Notes under the pieces: model-generated
Seen by the model: only the letters and a program-made list of their open reading frames with translations
What the model was told of the DNA's origin: nothing
Database searches by the model: none
Part shown: piece after piece, positions 9,616 through 22,890 of the stretch
Position numbering within the stretch: the first letter of the stretch is position 1
How the letters are laid out: every line of letters starts with the position of its first letter
Position numbers and translations under genes: made by a program
DNA from: Malacoraja senta
Lineage: Eukaryota
Reading direction: 5' to 3'
Length of the DNA stretch: 64,000 bases
Assembly: GCA_038087875.1 (NCBI GenBank)
Contig: JAXLNO010004671.1
Location: 558,001-622,000 of the forward strand

Positions 9616-11994
9616 GAGCAGGCTATTCTAGATTGGGTATTGAGTAATGAGGAAGGGTTAGTTAGTAGTCTTGTTGGGCGTGGCTCCTTGGGCAAGAGTG
9701 ACCATAATATGGTTGAGTTCTTCATTAGGATGGAGAGTGACATTGTTAATTCAGAAACAATGGTCCTGAACTTAAAGAAAGGTAACTTTGAGGGTATGAG
9801 AAGTGAATTGGCCAAGATAGACTGGCAATTGATTCTTAATGGGTTGACGGTAGATATGCAATGGAAGGCATTTAAAGACTGCATGGATGAACTACAACAA
9901 TTGTTCATCGCAGTTTGGCAACAAAAAAAATCAGGGAAATAGTGCATCCATGGATAACAAGGGAAATCAGGGATAGTATCAAAACAAAAGATGAAGCGTA
10001 CAAATTAGCAAGAAAAAGCAGCCTACCAGAGGACTGGGAGATATTCAGAGTCCAGCAGAGGAGGACAAAGGGCTTAATTAGGAAAGGGAAAATAGATTAT
10101 GAAAGAAAACTGGCAGGGAACATAAAAAACTGACTGCAAAAGCTTTTATAGATACGCAAAGAGAAAAAGATTAGTTAAAACAAATGTAGGTCCCTTGCAG
10201 TCAGAAACAGGTGAATTGATCATGGGGAACAAGGACATGGCAGACCAATTGAATAACTACTTTGGTTCTGTCCTCACTGAGGAAGACATAAATAATCTGC
10301 CGGAAATAGCAGGGGACCGGGGGTTAAATGAGATGGAGGAGCTGAGTGAAATCCAGGTTAGCCGGGAAGTGGTGTTAGGTAAATTGAATGGATTAAATGC
10401 CGATAAACCCCCAGGGCCAGATAGGCTGCATCCCAGAGTACTTAAGGAAGTAGCCCCAGAAACAGTGGATGCCTTAGAGATAATTTTTCAAAACTCTTTA
10501 GATTCTGGAGTAGTTCCTGTGGATTGGAGGGTAGCTAATGTAACCCCACTTATATAAAAGGGAGGGAGAGAGAAAACGGGGAATTACAGACCAGTTAGTC
10601 TAACGTCGGTAGTGGGGAAACTGCTAGAATCAGTTATTAAAGATGGGATAGCAGCACATTTGGAAAGTGGTGAAATCATTGGACAAAGTCAGCATGGATT
10701 TATGAAAGGTAAATCATGTCTGACGAAACTTATAGAATTTTTCGAGGATGTAACTAGTAGAGTGGATAAGGGAGAACCAGTGGATGTATTATATCTGGAC
10801 TTTCAGAAGACTTTCGACAAGGTCCCACATAAGAGATTAGTATACAAACTTAAAGCACACGGTATTGGGGGTTCAGTATTGATGTGGGTAGAGAACTGGC
10901 TGGCAGAAAGGAAGCAAAGAATAGGAGTAAACGGGTCCTTTTCACAATGGCAGGCAGTGACTAGTGGGATACCGCAAGGCTCAGTGCTGGGACCCCAGCT
11001 ATTTACGATATATATTAATGATTTGGACGAGGGAATTGAATTCAACATCTCGAAGTTTGCGGATGACACGAAGCTGGGGGGCAGTGTTAGCTGTGAGGAG
11101 GATGCTCGGAGGCTGCAAGGTGACTTGGATAGGCTGGGTGAGTGGGCAAATGCATGGCAGATGCAGTATAATGTGGATAAATGTGAGGTTATCCACTTTG
11201 GTGGCCAAAACAGGAAAGTAGACTATTATCTGAATAGTGGCCGATTAGGAAAAGGGGAGATGCAACGAGACCTGGGTGTCATGGTACACCAGTCATTAAA
11301 AGTAGGTATGCAGGTGCAGCAGGCAGTGAAGAAGGCGAATGGTATGTTAACATTCATAGCAAAAGGTTTTGAGTATAGGAGCAGGGTGGTTCTACTGCAG
11401 TTGAACAGGGTCTTGGTGAGACCACACCTGGAGTATTGCGTACAGTTTCGGTCTCCTAATCTGAGGAAAGACATTCTTGCCATAGAGGGAGTACAGAGAA
11501 GGTTCACCAGACTGGTTCCTGGGATGTCAGGACTTTCATATGAAGAAAGACTGGTTAGATTCGGCTTGTACTCGCTAGAATTTAGAAGATTGAGGGGGGG
11601 TCTTATAGAAACGTACACAATTCTTAAGGGGTTGGACAGGCTAGATGCAGGAAGATTGTTCCCGATGTTGGGGAAGTCCAGAACAAGGGGTCACAGTTTA
11701 AGGACAAAGGGGAAATCTTTTAGGACCGAGATGAGGAAAACATTTTTCACACAGAGAGTGGTGAATCTCTGGAATTCTCTGCCACAGAAGGTAGTTGAGG
11801 CCAGTTCATTGGCTATATTTAAGAGGGAGTTAGATGTGGCATTTGTGGCTAAAGGGATCAAGGGGTATGGAGAGAAAGCAGGTACAGGATACCGAGTTGG
11901 GATGATCAGCCATGATCATATTGAATGGCGGTGCAGGCTCGAAGGGCCGAATGGCCTACTCCTGCACCTATTTTCTATGTTTCTATGTTTCTAT
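9616..11994 (+). mobile_element. Young CR1 LINE, 5'-truncated in the endonuclease; ORF2 frameshifted; (TTTCTATG)n tail
   Basis: GKSDHNMV (APE end), [39 protein letters not shown]; 3' ggccgaatggcc hairpin and ttttctatgtttctatgtttctat tail. Confidence 0.95.
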
Positions 11995-12534
11995 CTCCTC
12001 TTCTCATATCTACCTCCATTTCTCTGCCCGCATTCTTCTTCTCCTTCTCCATTATCCCCTCCTTCATAGAGCACCCCTGCTCCTTGAATTAAATTTCGTC
12101 CTATATTTAGCACATTGCTCCCGCTAAGATTTATCCGTAAACTCGTTCTCTATCTCCCATATATTTATACCCCCCCCCTTCTAATCTTCACGCAAGACTC
12201 CACCCCGTACCGCTCCTTTCCATTGATCTCCACTACCTCCCGCACAGTTCTCGATCTGTGCTCCCACTCTCGCATGCCCCTTCTGCCTATTCCTTAATGA
12301 CCCACGATGGAGCACAGATGGCACTGCGGTGATGTTGCTTGAAATGCTACGTTCCGCCGCGCTCATCGCATAATTATCAGTGTTTTTCCAGATGGAGAAC
12401 TGAAGTGCCAACGAGATAAAAATTAAAAGGAATAACAGAAGATGCTAGAAAAATTATGTAACAACGCAAAAACAAAAACTACTCAGCAGATCAGACAGCA
12501 ACTGTGGAAACAGGATCGGTCCGAGTCTGCAAGG

Positions 12535-13813
12535 AGCTACGAAGGGGAAATCATGCTTGACTAATCTTCTGCCATTTTTTGAAGATGTAACTAGGAAAAT
12601 GGACAAGGGAGACCCAGTGGATGTAGTGTACCTGGACTTTCAGAAATTATTTGATAAGGTCCCACATAGGAGTTTAATGGGCAAAATGAGGGCACATGGT
12701 ATTGGGGGTAGTGTGCTGTCATGGATAGGGAAATCGTTGGCAGACAGGAAACAAGGAGTAGGGATTAACGGGTCCCTTTCAGAATGGCAGGCAGTGACTA
12801 GTGGGGTACCGCAAGGCTCGGTGCTGGGACCGCAGCTATTTACAATATACATCAATGATTTGGATGAAGGGATTCAAAGTAACATTAGCAAATTTGCAGA
12901 TGACACGAAGCTGGGTGGCAGTGCGAACTGTGAGGAAGATGCTATGAGAATGCAGGGTGACTTGGACAGGTTGGGGGAGTGGGCAGATGCATGGCAGATG
13001 AAGTTTAATGCGGATAAATGTGAGATTATCCACTTTGGTAGCAAATACAGGAAGGCAGATTACTATCTCAATGGGGTAAAGTTGGGAAAAGGGGAAGTAC
13101 AACGGGATCTGGGGGTCCTTGTACATCAGTCTATGAAAGTAAGCATGCATGTACAACAGGCAGTGAAGAAAGCGAATGGCATGTTGGCCTTTATAACAAG
13201 AGGAATCAAATATAGGAACAAAGAGGTCCTTCTGCAGTGGTACAGAGCCCTAGTGAGACCACACCTGGAGTATTGTGTGCAGTTTTGGTCCCCTAATTTG
13301 AGGAAGGACATTCTTGATATTCAGGGAGTGCAGCGTAGGTTGACAAGGGTAATTCCCGGGATGGCGGGACTGTCATATGTTGAGAGAATGGAGCAGCTGG
13401 GCTTGTACACTCTGGAATTTAGAAGGATGAGAGGTCTTCTCGTTGAAACATATACGATTGTTAAGGGCTTGGACACGCTAGAGGCAGGAAACATGTTCCC
13501 GATGTTGGGGGAGTCCAGAACCAGGGGCCACAGTTTAAGAATAGGGAGTAAGGCATTTAGAACGGAGACGAGGAAACACTTTTTCTCACAGAGAGTGGCG
13601 AGTCTGTGGAATTCTCTGCCTCAGAGGGCGGTGGGCAGGTTCTCTGGATGCTTCCAAGAGAGAGCTAGATAGGGCTCTAAAAAATAGCGGAGTCAGGGGA
13701 TATGGGGAGAAGGCAGGAACGGGGTACTGATTGGGGATGATCAGCCATGATCACATTGAATGGCTCGAAGGGCCGAATGGCCTACTCCTGCGCCTATTGT
13801 CTATTGTCTATTG
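12535..13813 (+). mobile_element. CR1 LINE, second subfamily with (CTATTGT)n tail
   Basis: 371-aa RT frame ([20 protein letters not shown]); tail cctattgtctattgtctattg. Confidence 0.93.
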
Positions 13814-14299
13814 ATATCTGTGATAATTGGACTCCGATATGAACCAGGAACTCCTTTTCTCGTTCATAAATGCTGCATCATCCGCGAATAATTTCCAATA
13901 TTTTCTAGTTACCATTATTTCTATCGCCGATTATTTGAGAATCGACATGAAATTCTGCTGGCGTATGGCCGATATATGTAAAACATGCAGATAATACTGG
14001 AATTAATGAACTAAACCACGGGATTGATGCAACGAAAGGTGAAGGGAATTTCATCAAAGCGCTCCTATTTGGCCTATTTGGAGATGAATATGTCCACGTC
14101 TGATTGACGCCCTTTAGGGACATTTTGGCCCTCTTGGTCATGGATGGAAAAGCATTATCAGGATGTTTATTGGTAAACGGCAAATCTTTAAATGTAAGTG
14201 GTCCTTGCCCTGGCAGTTTAAAACGTACGGGTGAGTTTAAACTGAGCTGTTGGAGGAGTCAGCAGAAGGCAGAGCAGGTGAGAGGTACGACTGGTAAAT

Positions 14300-15820
14300 T
14301 GAGCAGCAAATAAGAATACGTCATAGTCAGCGCAGCGGCCTATTGGGAGCGGCTGTGTTGGGTGACAGGCTGTGTGTTGGTGAAGTGCTGTGTGGAGGTA
14401 AGGTTTGAGTCTTTCGCTCATAGCTATCAGCAGCAGAGAGGGGAATACTTTCAATCAGCTCCGTGAGTGTGTCTTAGAGCCATAGATACAGTACCTATCC
14501 AAGCCCGAAGCTTATCTGCCTTACCCGTAAGGCCTCGCATTAAAATACATGCAGTTTAAACGAACCTTCCTTCCTCGCTGTCTGCCTTTCTCCTGCCTAT
14601 TCTGTCCTCTAACATTTCTCTTCACCATCCATACCAACTTCTAACCTCTCGCCTGCCCCTGTCCTGTGTGAGATCCCACTCTGCTGCCAATCTATTTTTT
14701 AATAAAGTCTCGTTATTTAGTGATTTGGCTACAGTAGCAACGGCAGGCAAGTTGTTGCAGTGTGTCTCTTGCTGGATGTGGGAGTTTAGGGACACTGCTG
14801 GTGTCTCTGACCACTACACCTCCTACTGTGGAAATTGTGTCCAGGTGCATATCCTGAAGGACCACGTTATGGAACTGGAACAGCAGCTGGATTACCTCGG
14901 TAACATCCGGGAAAACGAGATTTTTCTGGACTGGACCTACAGTGAGGGCGTCACACCAAGGGTACAGGAAGAACGAAGGTAGGTGACGACTGGGAAGGGA
15001 ATTAAACGTTGACTGCAGGAACCCCCTGTGGCTCTACCTCTTGAAAACAGGTACACCCTGGGAGCTGCTGCGGCGGACAAAGCTTTGAGTACCAGCCAGG
15101 GCTTCGACTTCAACCCTGGCGCCGAGCATCAACAGGAAAGAGCGACGTCAGGCAGAGCCATTGTGGTGGGCGACTCGATAGTTATAGGTGCGGACAGACG
15201 ATTTGCGGCGGCAAGCGAGACGCTGGGATGGTGTGCTGTCTCCCTGGTGCCCGGGTCCAGGACAATAGAATATAGACAATAGGTGCAGAATTAGGCCATT
15301 CGCCCCTTTGAGCCAGCGCCGCCATTCAATGTGATCATGACTGATCATCCCCAATCAATACCCCGTTCCTGCCTTCTCCGCTATTTTAAGAGCCCTATCT
15401 AGCTCTCTCTTGAAAGCACCCAGAGAACCTGCCTCCACCGCCCTCGAAGCGGCTGCACGCCATCCTCAAGGAACGATGGGGTGCAACTGGAAGATGATGT
15501 GCATGTTGGCAGAAACGATACAGGTCGGAAGAGGAAGGAGGTTCAGCAACAGGAGTTTAGGGAATTAGGTAAAAGGCTGAAAAGCAAGACAGTTATCTCT
15601 GGCTTGCTTCCAGTACCGCATGCTAATAAGGGTAAGGGCAGAAAGATGGGAGAGATGAATGTGTGGCTGAAGAGTTTGTGCAGGGGGCAGAATTTAGATT
15701 TCTGGACTATTGCAATCTGGGGCAGGGGTGACCTGTACAACAGGATGGGGTTTCACCTTTACTGGAGGGTGCCAACATCCTGGCAGGCTGGTTCGTTAGG
15801 GGTACACGAGTGGGTTTAAA
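14300..15820 (+). mobile_element. CR1 5' region/ORF1 remnant (zinc-finger plus SGNH-esterase-like) interrupted by an antisense CR1 3' tail (~15260-15445)
   Basis: QCVSCWMWE..YCGNCVQ..LEQQLD, GRAIVVGDSIV, HVGRNDTGRK, VISGLLPVP. Paralogous remnants lie at ~22430-23430 and ~33140-33940. Confidence 0.78.
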
Positions 15821-16120
15821 CTAGATTGGCACAGGGTGGGATATGGGACAGAAGCAGGTGAGAGGTTAGAAGTTGGTATGGAGGGTGTGAGGAAAGGGTT
15901 GGAGGAAGGAATAGTTAGGAGAAAGACGTGGAGCGAGGAATAAAGGTTGATTTAAACTGAACGTATTTTAATACATGATGCTTGAGGCTAAGGCAGATGA
16001 GGTTAGGGCATGGATAGGTACGTGCGACTGGGACAAAAAACATAGAAAATAAGTGCAGGAGTAGGCCATTCGGCCCTTCGAGCCAGCACCGTCATTCAAC
16101 ATGATCAAGGCTGATCAATC

Positions 16121-16430
16121 AAAATAGTAAGATTAAACGAGAACTTACCAGTTTGAAGTTTGATCTGTATTTTATGAGGAGTTACGATGAGGGATTACGT
16201 GAAGAACCCGCTCAGTGCGCAGGCGCGGCATACTTCCAAGCAGCGGTGTGGAATCACAGATAGACACAGGTATTTGAAGTAAACATAGTAAAGAAAAGGA
16301 GACATCAATTTATTAGTTTGATCCATATAATGAGGGTGGGAGCGGAGGGCACGTAATCCCTCATCGTAACTCCTCATAAAATACAGATCAAACTTCAAAC
16401 TGGTAAGTTCTCGTTTAATCTTACTATTTT
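16121..16430. repeat. Perfect 81-bp inverted repeat (16121-16201 / 16350-16430): DIRS 3' extension and ICR
   Basis: aaaatagtaagattaaacgag..gggattacgtg is the exact reverse complement of cacgtaatccc..cttactatttt. Confidence 0.97.
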
Positions 16431-16689
16431 ACTTCGGAGTCACGTGAGTGACTTCGTGAAGATTTCAAAGCTCTGTGATTTCAAACCGTGTAACAGTTTT
16501 ATTTCACTCACTGCCGAAAGTTCTTGAGGGAGGAAGTGTTATCGTAATCACCCAATGAATCTGTTTCTCAAGAAACAAAAAAGGTATTTATTAACAATAA
16601 CAAAATTAAAGTGCTTCCCCGGGCTTAACTTAAATATTTGCAGCTTGTAATATTTTCTCTGCAAATAAATCAGGTTTCATCAACGGCTT

Positions 16690-17560
16690 ATTATAAAAGT
16701 TCTGAATGTCGTTTCCCTCGACCATCCTGCTGTATTCAGAATATGGTCAACCGGTACGTCCATTCTGTCAGCCGTTGATGTAGATGCTGCCCTAGTGGAA
16801 TGAGATTTAAATGTATTAGTATCTATTCCGGCAGCCTTCAGTACCTGTTTGAGCCATCTTGAAATGGTTTGGCTCGTTACCCGGCCATGAGGTTACTTGT
16901 GGCTGACCCATAAGGCTTTTTCACTCCCTCTTATATTGTGGGTTGTGTCTATGTAATGTTGTAGATGGGTCACGACACACAACCGTGGCTTTTGTGGGTA
17001 GGCCCGGAATACCACCAGTGGATTAGCTGTTCCTGGCCTGCTTTGCTTCACCAGACCCTGTATGATGAATGTGATCTGATCTGGGGTGGTCACCATGTTG
17101 TCCAGCCTCAACTTGTGTAGTGACTGGACCCTCTGAGCGGATACAAGTGCCATCAACATGAGCGTCTTTAGTGTAGATTGCTCGAGGCTGAGGGATCTGG
17201 CTGGTGGCCATACCCTGAGGTATGTCAGGACCACACTGATATCCCAAATATGGGTATACCTGGGTTTAGGGGCTTGATATCATAAATGCCCTTCATCAGT
17301 TTTACCACCAGTGGATGGGATCCCATTGCCTGTTGTCCTGCTGGTTTGAGATAAGCAGAAAGAGCACTTCGCGCTGTGTTGATGGCACTGTAACTGATCC
17401 CTTCATCATGGTGTAGATGGGCCAGGAATTCCAGTACATTGGTGGCTGTGGCTGTTGCATACGTTGTCCCTGTTTCCTGGCAGTACTTCTCCCATTTTCT
17501 TATGCTGATTCAGTACTGCCTCTTGGTGGATGTTCAAAGGGATGCCGACATGGTGGTGAT
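16690..17560 (-). pseudogene. DIRS tyrosine recombinase ORF (stops and frameshifts)
   Basis: LKTLMLMALVSAQRVQSL, CVVTHLQHYI, then RWLKQVLKAAGIDTNTFKSHSTRAAS..ILNTAGWSRETTFRTFYNKP (HSTR, W and catalytic Y positions). Confidence 0.85.
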
Positions 17561-17598
17561 GGTTCGATCGGACAATCCCTGTTCCAGGTAAGATCTAT

Positions 17599-18501
17599 TC
17601 AAAGCCTGCAACCCAGGAGTTTAATTTTCTCATGGCATGGGTGGCTTATGCCTGATACTGGGTGAGTTAATAATCCTGGATCACTGGGAAAGACCATTGG
17701 TGACTCAACCACCATGTCATGTAGAACCGGGAACCATGGCTGTGTAGGCAAGTCGGGCACCATCAAAATTCCAGAAGCAGAGTCCATCTGTATTTTGCGA
17801 AGTACCCGACTGATGAGGCAGAAGGGAGGGAAAGCATAGAAGAAGACATTTCCCCAATCCAGCGTGATGGCATGTATCGCTGCTGCCTCTGGGTCTGGTT
17901 CCCAAGCGACATATATAGGTAACTGGTGATTTCGTCTTGATGCAAATACATCGATATCTGGCGTTCCATACTGCTTAATAACTTTAGCAAATACTTTAGG
18001 GTTGAACATCCATTCGATGTTATCATTGAATTTGCGTGACCTGGTGTCTGCCACTGTGTTTAGCTTACCTGGTAGATAAGTAGCTGATAGCCAAATATGT
18101 CTTTCGACACACCATAGCCAAATCACATTGACCAATTTGTCGCATGATAATGATTTTATGCCGCCCATATGGTTAATATAAGCCACCACCGTAGTATTAT
18201 CAATCTGTAACCGAACATGCAAGTGCTGCATATTAGCTACATATGCTTTTAACCCATAAAAGGCGCCCAACATCTCTAGATAGTTAATGCCCAGTGTCAG
18301 TAGTAATGATGACTCTAGGTTAGTCCATCTACCACCTGTGCTGGATATGGAGTAAGTTGCTCCCCAGCCTTGAGCACTGGCATCTGTTTGAAGAACTAAA
18401 GTAAGGTTAGTGATGATGATAGAGCTGAAACTATGCCAAACATTTTCTGCCCACCACTGTAGCTGATATTGCTTCAGTGGGTAATTACATGACACGAACA
18501 T
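17599..18501 (-). pseudogene. DIRS RNase H plus methyltransferase-like domain frame
   Basis: LQTDASAQGWG, INYLEMLG, LQIDNTTVVAYINHMGG, LPGKLNTVADTRSR (RNase H); DIDVFASRRN and YAFPPF (MT-like). Confidence 0.85.
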
Positions 18502-19400
18502 CGTGACCTGTATGTCGTTTTAGTGCCTGTACCTTTGCTGTTTGTAAATTTTGATAGTGCAAAGGTCCGCATTGTGTAGCTGGAAATGCTGCTACCATTT
18601 TCCCAATCACTCTTGGGACTTGTCGAATAGTTGGTCCTTTGTTGACCATTAAATAGTTGCATGATTGTGCTAATGCAACCATTTTTATTTTTATTTTTTA
18701 TTTTTATTTTCCTTTTGGCAAGGTAACAGTCATATGGACTGAGTTAATTGTGAAGCCCAGGTAGTCCATAATAGTGGATCGCTTCAACTTAGATTTATCT
18801 GGATGTAGGATGAACCCCAGAGTTTCGAGGAGCTATTTTGTAGCTGATACTGCTGCCACAGCCAATTCCATAGTTTTCCCTACTATCTGAATATCATCCA
18901 GGTATGCCATGACAATATGTTTCTTAGTCTTGCCATGGCTATTTTCAATATTTTGATGAATAATCTTGGGGCTGAGGTTAGCCCATTGGGCAATGCGTTG
19001 TACTGCCTCAGCTGCCCCAACCAGATAAATTGTAGGTATCTGCAATGATCCTTGTGTATGGGTATTAGATAGTAAGCATCTTTCAGATCAATGCTTGCCA
19101 TGAAGTATCCTTTGGAAATCAGTTGTTTGGCAGTAACAACTGTCTCCATTTTGAAATGTATATACTCAACAAACTTATTTAGTGATGTTAAGGCAATGAT
19201 GATGCGACATCCACCATCTTTTTTGGTTTTATTTGATACAAATTCCAAAGGTTCATGTTTGGTCTTTTGGATGACCTCTCCACTAATGCTGTTGAGTATA
19301 TACTTATCACACGTGACAGTAACCCATGCTTCTTTAAACCAGTGTAAGCTCCCCTCTGTTAGTAAAGCACCCTTATTCTCTATATGCTGGCAGGAACCAG
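18485..19400 (-). pseudogene. DIRS reverse transcriptase (frameshifted)
   Basis: KKDGGCRII, HFKME, SIDLKDAYY, ALPNGLTSAPRLF, and YLDD in a shifted frame. Confidence 0.85.
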
Positions 19401-20670
19401 ACCCACCTACCTCCATGTTCAGTGGTGTTTCTTTTGTTTCCTGATGTTTTTGTAGGTTTTGCTTGTCTGACGTGCTGGCGATGTTGGGGGGTGGCGCATT
19501 TTCCATGGGGTCCGCTGTGGGCCCTGATCTAAAAAAGATCTTTTGGGGATAAAATGCGGTCCCCGAGCTTTCACCAGTCCCATATTGAGGACGTCGACTG
19601 GTGGATGCCATGGGGTGCTGCCGCTTGGGTATTGTAGCTCTTGGTTTGCTCGTCCCAGGGCCTGCCCTCATGAGGCCGAAAGATGTCGCTGCTTCCTCCA
19701 TGTTCCTCAGTTTTTTGTTGAGGTCTTTCCCAAATAACAGAGCATCCGTCTCTGCAGCTGGGGCTCTGCACAACCCCGCAACTTTGGGATTGAGGGCAGG
19801 TCTTATGTTTCCCCGCCGGAGATTGTGTATTGCACATCAGTGCCAGCACATCCTGCTGGCAAGTATCCATCTCCGTACTTTGCACAGAACGAGCAAAGGC
19901 TGTAATGGCCGACGTCCGGAGCCTTAGGATCCGCTGTAGCTTGATTTCATGGTTACACATGTTTGACCCCACGTGACCCCAGATCTGGCTGTTCACAGTC
20001 TTCACTCTGAGGGCCTCACAGTTCTCTGGTGCTGTATAAAATTCAAGCACCTCAAGAAGTACCTTCTCCTGCAAGGGCTTATTTGACAGATGATTGATGC
20101 TGGCCGCCATGTTTGGTTCCAGCGGTCTTCCAGCACGTGGGGTTGCTACATAGCGGTCCTCCACACCCAGCAGCTCTTCCTGCTCCTGCACCCCTTGCAT
20201 ACTGCCGAATTCTTCCGCCAGCCCCTTTCCAGACCAGCCCAACCCTGGTCACCAATGCTAGCCTCCAGTAATGAGGGAGCAGAGGGCAGTGCCCAAGACA
20301 CTGTGGAGGAGGTGCCTGACCTACCTCCTGCGAGAACGCTCCTTCTGCGTAGCTCGCTGGAGCATCTGCTCCAAGAGCTGTTATAAGCTCTGGCGGCTGT
20401 CTCTCCTCCGTGTAGGTGGAGACATGTCCCCATCCGACAAATCAGACATTACCGGCCGGTTGCTCTCATGGCTTTGCTCCCTGTCCGCTGTGCAGGCATT
20501 AGCGGGACTGGGCTCGGCTCGGTGTCGGGGATAGCGGAGCGCTCTATGAGCGGTCCTGCCGCCTGTTGCTGCCCCCCTGAGATTAAACGCTCCTCTGGTG
20601 GAGTTGAGCAGGGGCAGTTCTGTTGGAGAGTCTTCTGGTGAGTGTACTTACTTGCTAAGAACACCCACAC
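19400..20670 (-). pseudogene. DIRS gag-like ORF (fragmented)
   Basis: PENCEALRVKTVNSQIW..EIKLQRI and LLFGKDL segments upstream of RT, split over several frames. Confidence 0.6.
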
Positions 20671-21759
20671 TCTCTTTCTCTGTTAGACTAGTTGAATATA
20701 CTCACCCAACGGTCCGTTTCAAAATGCAGCCGGAGCGCCTTCCTCCAGCTGCCGCCGCTGTTGCACTGCTGGCGTAATGCCGCGCCTGCGCACTGAGCGG
20801 GTTCTTCACGAAGTCACTCACGTGACTCCGAAGTAAAATCAGTACTCCGTTCCTGCTTTCTCCATTGCCTTCTGTGCAGAGAATTGCACAGATTCACAAC
20901 TCTCTGGGTGAAAAAGTGTTCCGTCTTATCAGTCCTAAATGACCTACCCCTTATCCTTAAACTGTCATCCCTGGTTCTGGACTCCCCCAACATCGGGAAT
21001 ATCTTTCCTGCATCTAGCCTGTCCAATCCCTTAAGAATTTTACATGTTTCTGTCAGATCCCCTTATCCTTCTATATTCCAATGAAGAAAAGCCACAGTCG
21101 ACCCATTCTTTCATTATAAAAAAACAGTCAAAGACAGCCTGAAACACTTAACTCTTCCATCGGTAAGTATGTCTTAAAAGTATCTTTTAATGTTTCTTCA
21201 TATGTTTTATGTGGGGTGTGAGGGGTGGGGGCAAATCTGGTGGGGGGGGGAGTGGGGGGTCGTGGGAACCTTTTTTCAGCCACTATCCTTGACGGGGATG
21301 TGATTTTTCTCCCTGTCGCATCTCCGTCCCCCCTGCGACACAACAACGTGGAATGGTCTGGCCTTTCCTGGACACCGGCCCGGAGCTTCAAGCTGCGGGC
21401 ACGGCGCGGACTTATCATCGCGGAGACTGCGATCCTTCGCAGAGGAACGCCAGTGAAGGGGCTCCGACCGTGGGGCCTGTGGACAATTACACCGTGAAGC
21501 CGCGGTCTACGGTAAGAAGAGGCCGACTCGGGAGCTCCATGCAGCGGAGTGTTCCGATCCACCCCGACGCCGGAGATTCGATCATCCCGACGCGAGGGCT
21601 TGGACATCGGACCGTCGGCAGCTGTTCTGCGGGGAGTTCAAAAGCTCTAACCACGGGTGAACAAAGGAGGAAGGTCACTGAGCTTTATTGCCTTCCATCA
21701 CAGTGAAGAATTTCCTGTGCTTTGCGGTTGCAGTGCGGTTGCGCTGTGCGGTTGCGGTG

Positions 21760-22020
21760 CCTTTGCGGTTGCAGCTCCTAGACTGCGGAACAGCATCCCT
21801 CTTCCAATCAGAACTGCCCCCTCCATCGACTCGTTTAAGTCGAGACTTAAACTAGTCTTTACCCTCAAGCCTTTCTTGACGTCCTCTGAATGAGGGCTAT
21901 ATGTATGTATGTACTTAATCTATGAACCACTGTTGTGTAACGTTAGTACCTCCACCAATATAAAGCACTTTGGTCAACGAGAGTTGGGTTTTTTAAATGC
22001 GCTATAGAAATAAAAGTGAC
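21760..22020 (+). mobile_element. L2-clade LINE 3' end fragment
   Basis: AFAVAAPRLRNSIPLPIRTAPSIDSFKSRLK matches the L2 ORF2 C-terminal motif; followed by a decayed 3'UTR. Confidence 0.65.
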
Positions 22021-22890
22021 TGGATTTGAATTGACACTGTGGTGGATGATTATGTTAACTTTTATTTTATGTAGCTGTGTGTCTTGTTGTTTTTCACTTA
22101 GTATGGTGGTATGATAACTCAAATGTCACTGTACCTTAATTGGTGCATGTGACAATTAACGCGAACTTGAACTTCAAGTGAACTTCAAGGTCGGCAGAGG
22201 AGCGGCAGTTAAAGGGGCGAGTGCGGGGATTCGCTGCAACAAGTTAAACCCTTGGTGAGATTTCTTACACTGTTTTTCAGTGCCGGAGCTTTATAAGCCA
22301 AACAGGAACAGCCTGAAACACAAACTTGACTTCAAGGTCGGTAGAGGAGCGGAAGTTGAAGGGGCGAGTGCGGGTATCGGCTGCAACATCTAAATTAATG
22401 AATTGATTAACATTTAAAAGTAGGGCCTCGTCCAGCGGCGTGGTCTGTTGGGAATGGCCTTGTTGATGTGATGTGCCTTTGGAGGTAAAGTGTGAATCTT
22501 TGGCACAAGAGTCTTCGGCGAGGAGGCTGATGCGAGCAGTCTACCTTTAAATCCTATTTGCGTGTGTTCCGATATTTAAACTTGTGACTTATTGCAGTGA
22601 GTGCAAGGAAGTTATCGGATTCAGAGAAGGGAAAAGGTTTCACTCAGTTCTGTGAGTGTGTCTTATTCTTAATTAGTGAATGGTCTAATGACGTAATGGC
22701 AGGCACTTTGTTACAGTGTGTATGTTGCACGATGTGGGAAGTCGGGGACACGGCTGGTGCTTCTGACAACTTCACCTGCGGAAATTGTGTCCAGATCCTG
22801 AAGGACGGTATTCGGGAACTGGAGCAGCAACTCGATGACCGCAGGACCATGCGGGTAAATGAGATTTTCCTGGACAGGACCATAAATACA

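Larger units (their letters stand above)
16121..20839 (-). mobile_element. DIRS1-like tyrosine-recombinase retrotransposon, structurally full-length, ORFs disrupted
   Basis: gag-like, RT, RNase H, MT-like and YR domains in order. Terminal inverted repeat (16198-16231 vs 20777-20810) and internal complementary region (16350-16462) matching both ends. Confidence 0.95.
16040..21100 (-). mobile_element. CR1 3' fragment split by the DIRS insertion (16040-16120 and 20840-21100)
   Basis: catagaaaataagtgcaggagtaggccatt..gctgatcaatc on the left continues as cagtactccgttcctgctttctcc on the right, matching the other CR1 3' ends in the window. Confidence 0.8.

Noticed and set aside
12300-12400. Exon-like segment on the minus strand with a good acceptor (FSIWKNTDNY...)
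   Set aside because: In the required phase 1 it hits TGA after six codons, and there is no good donor.
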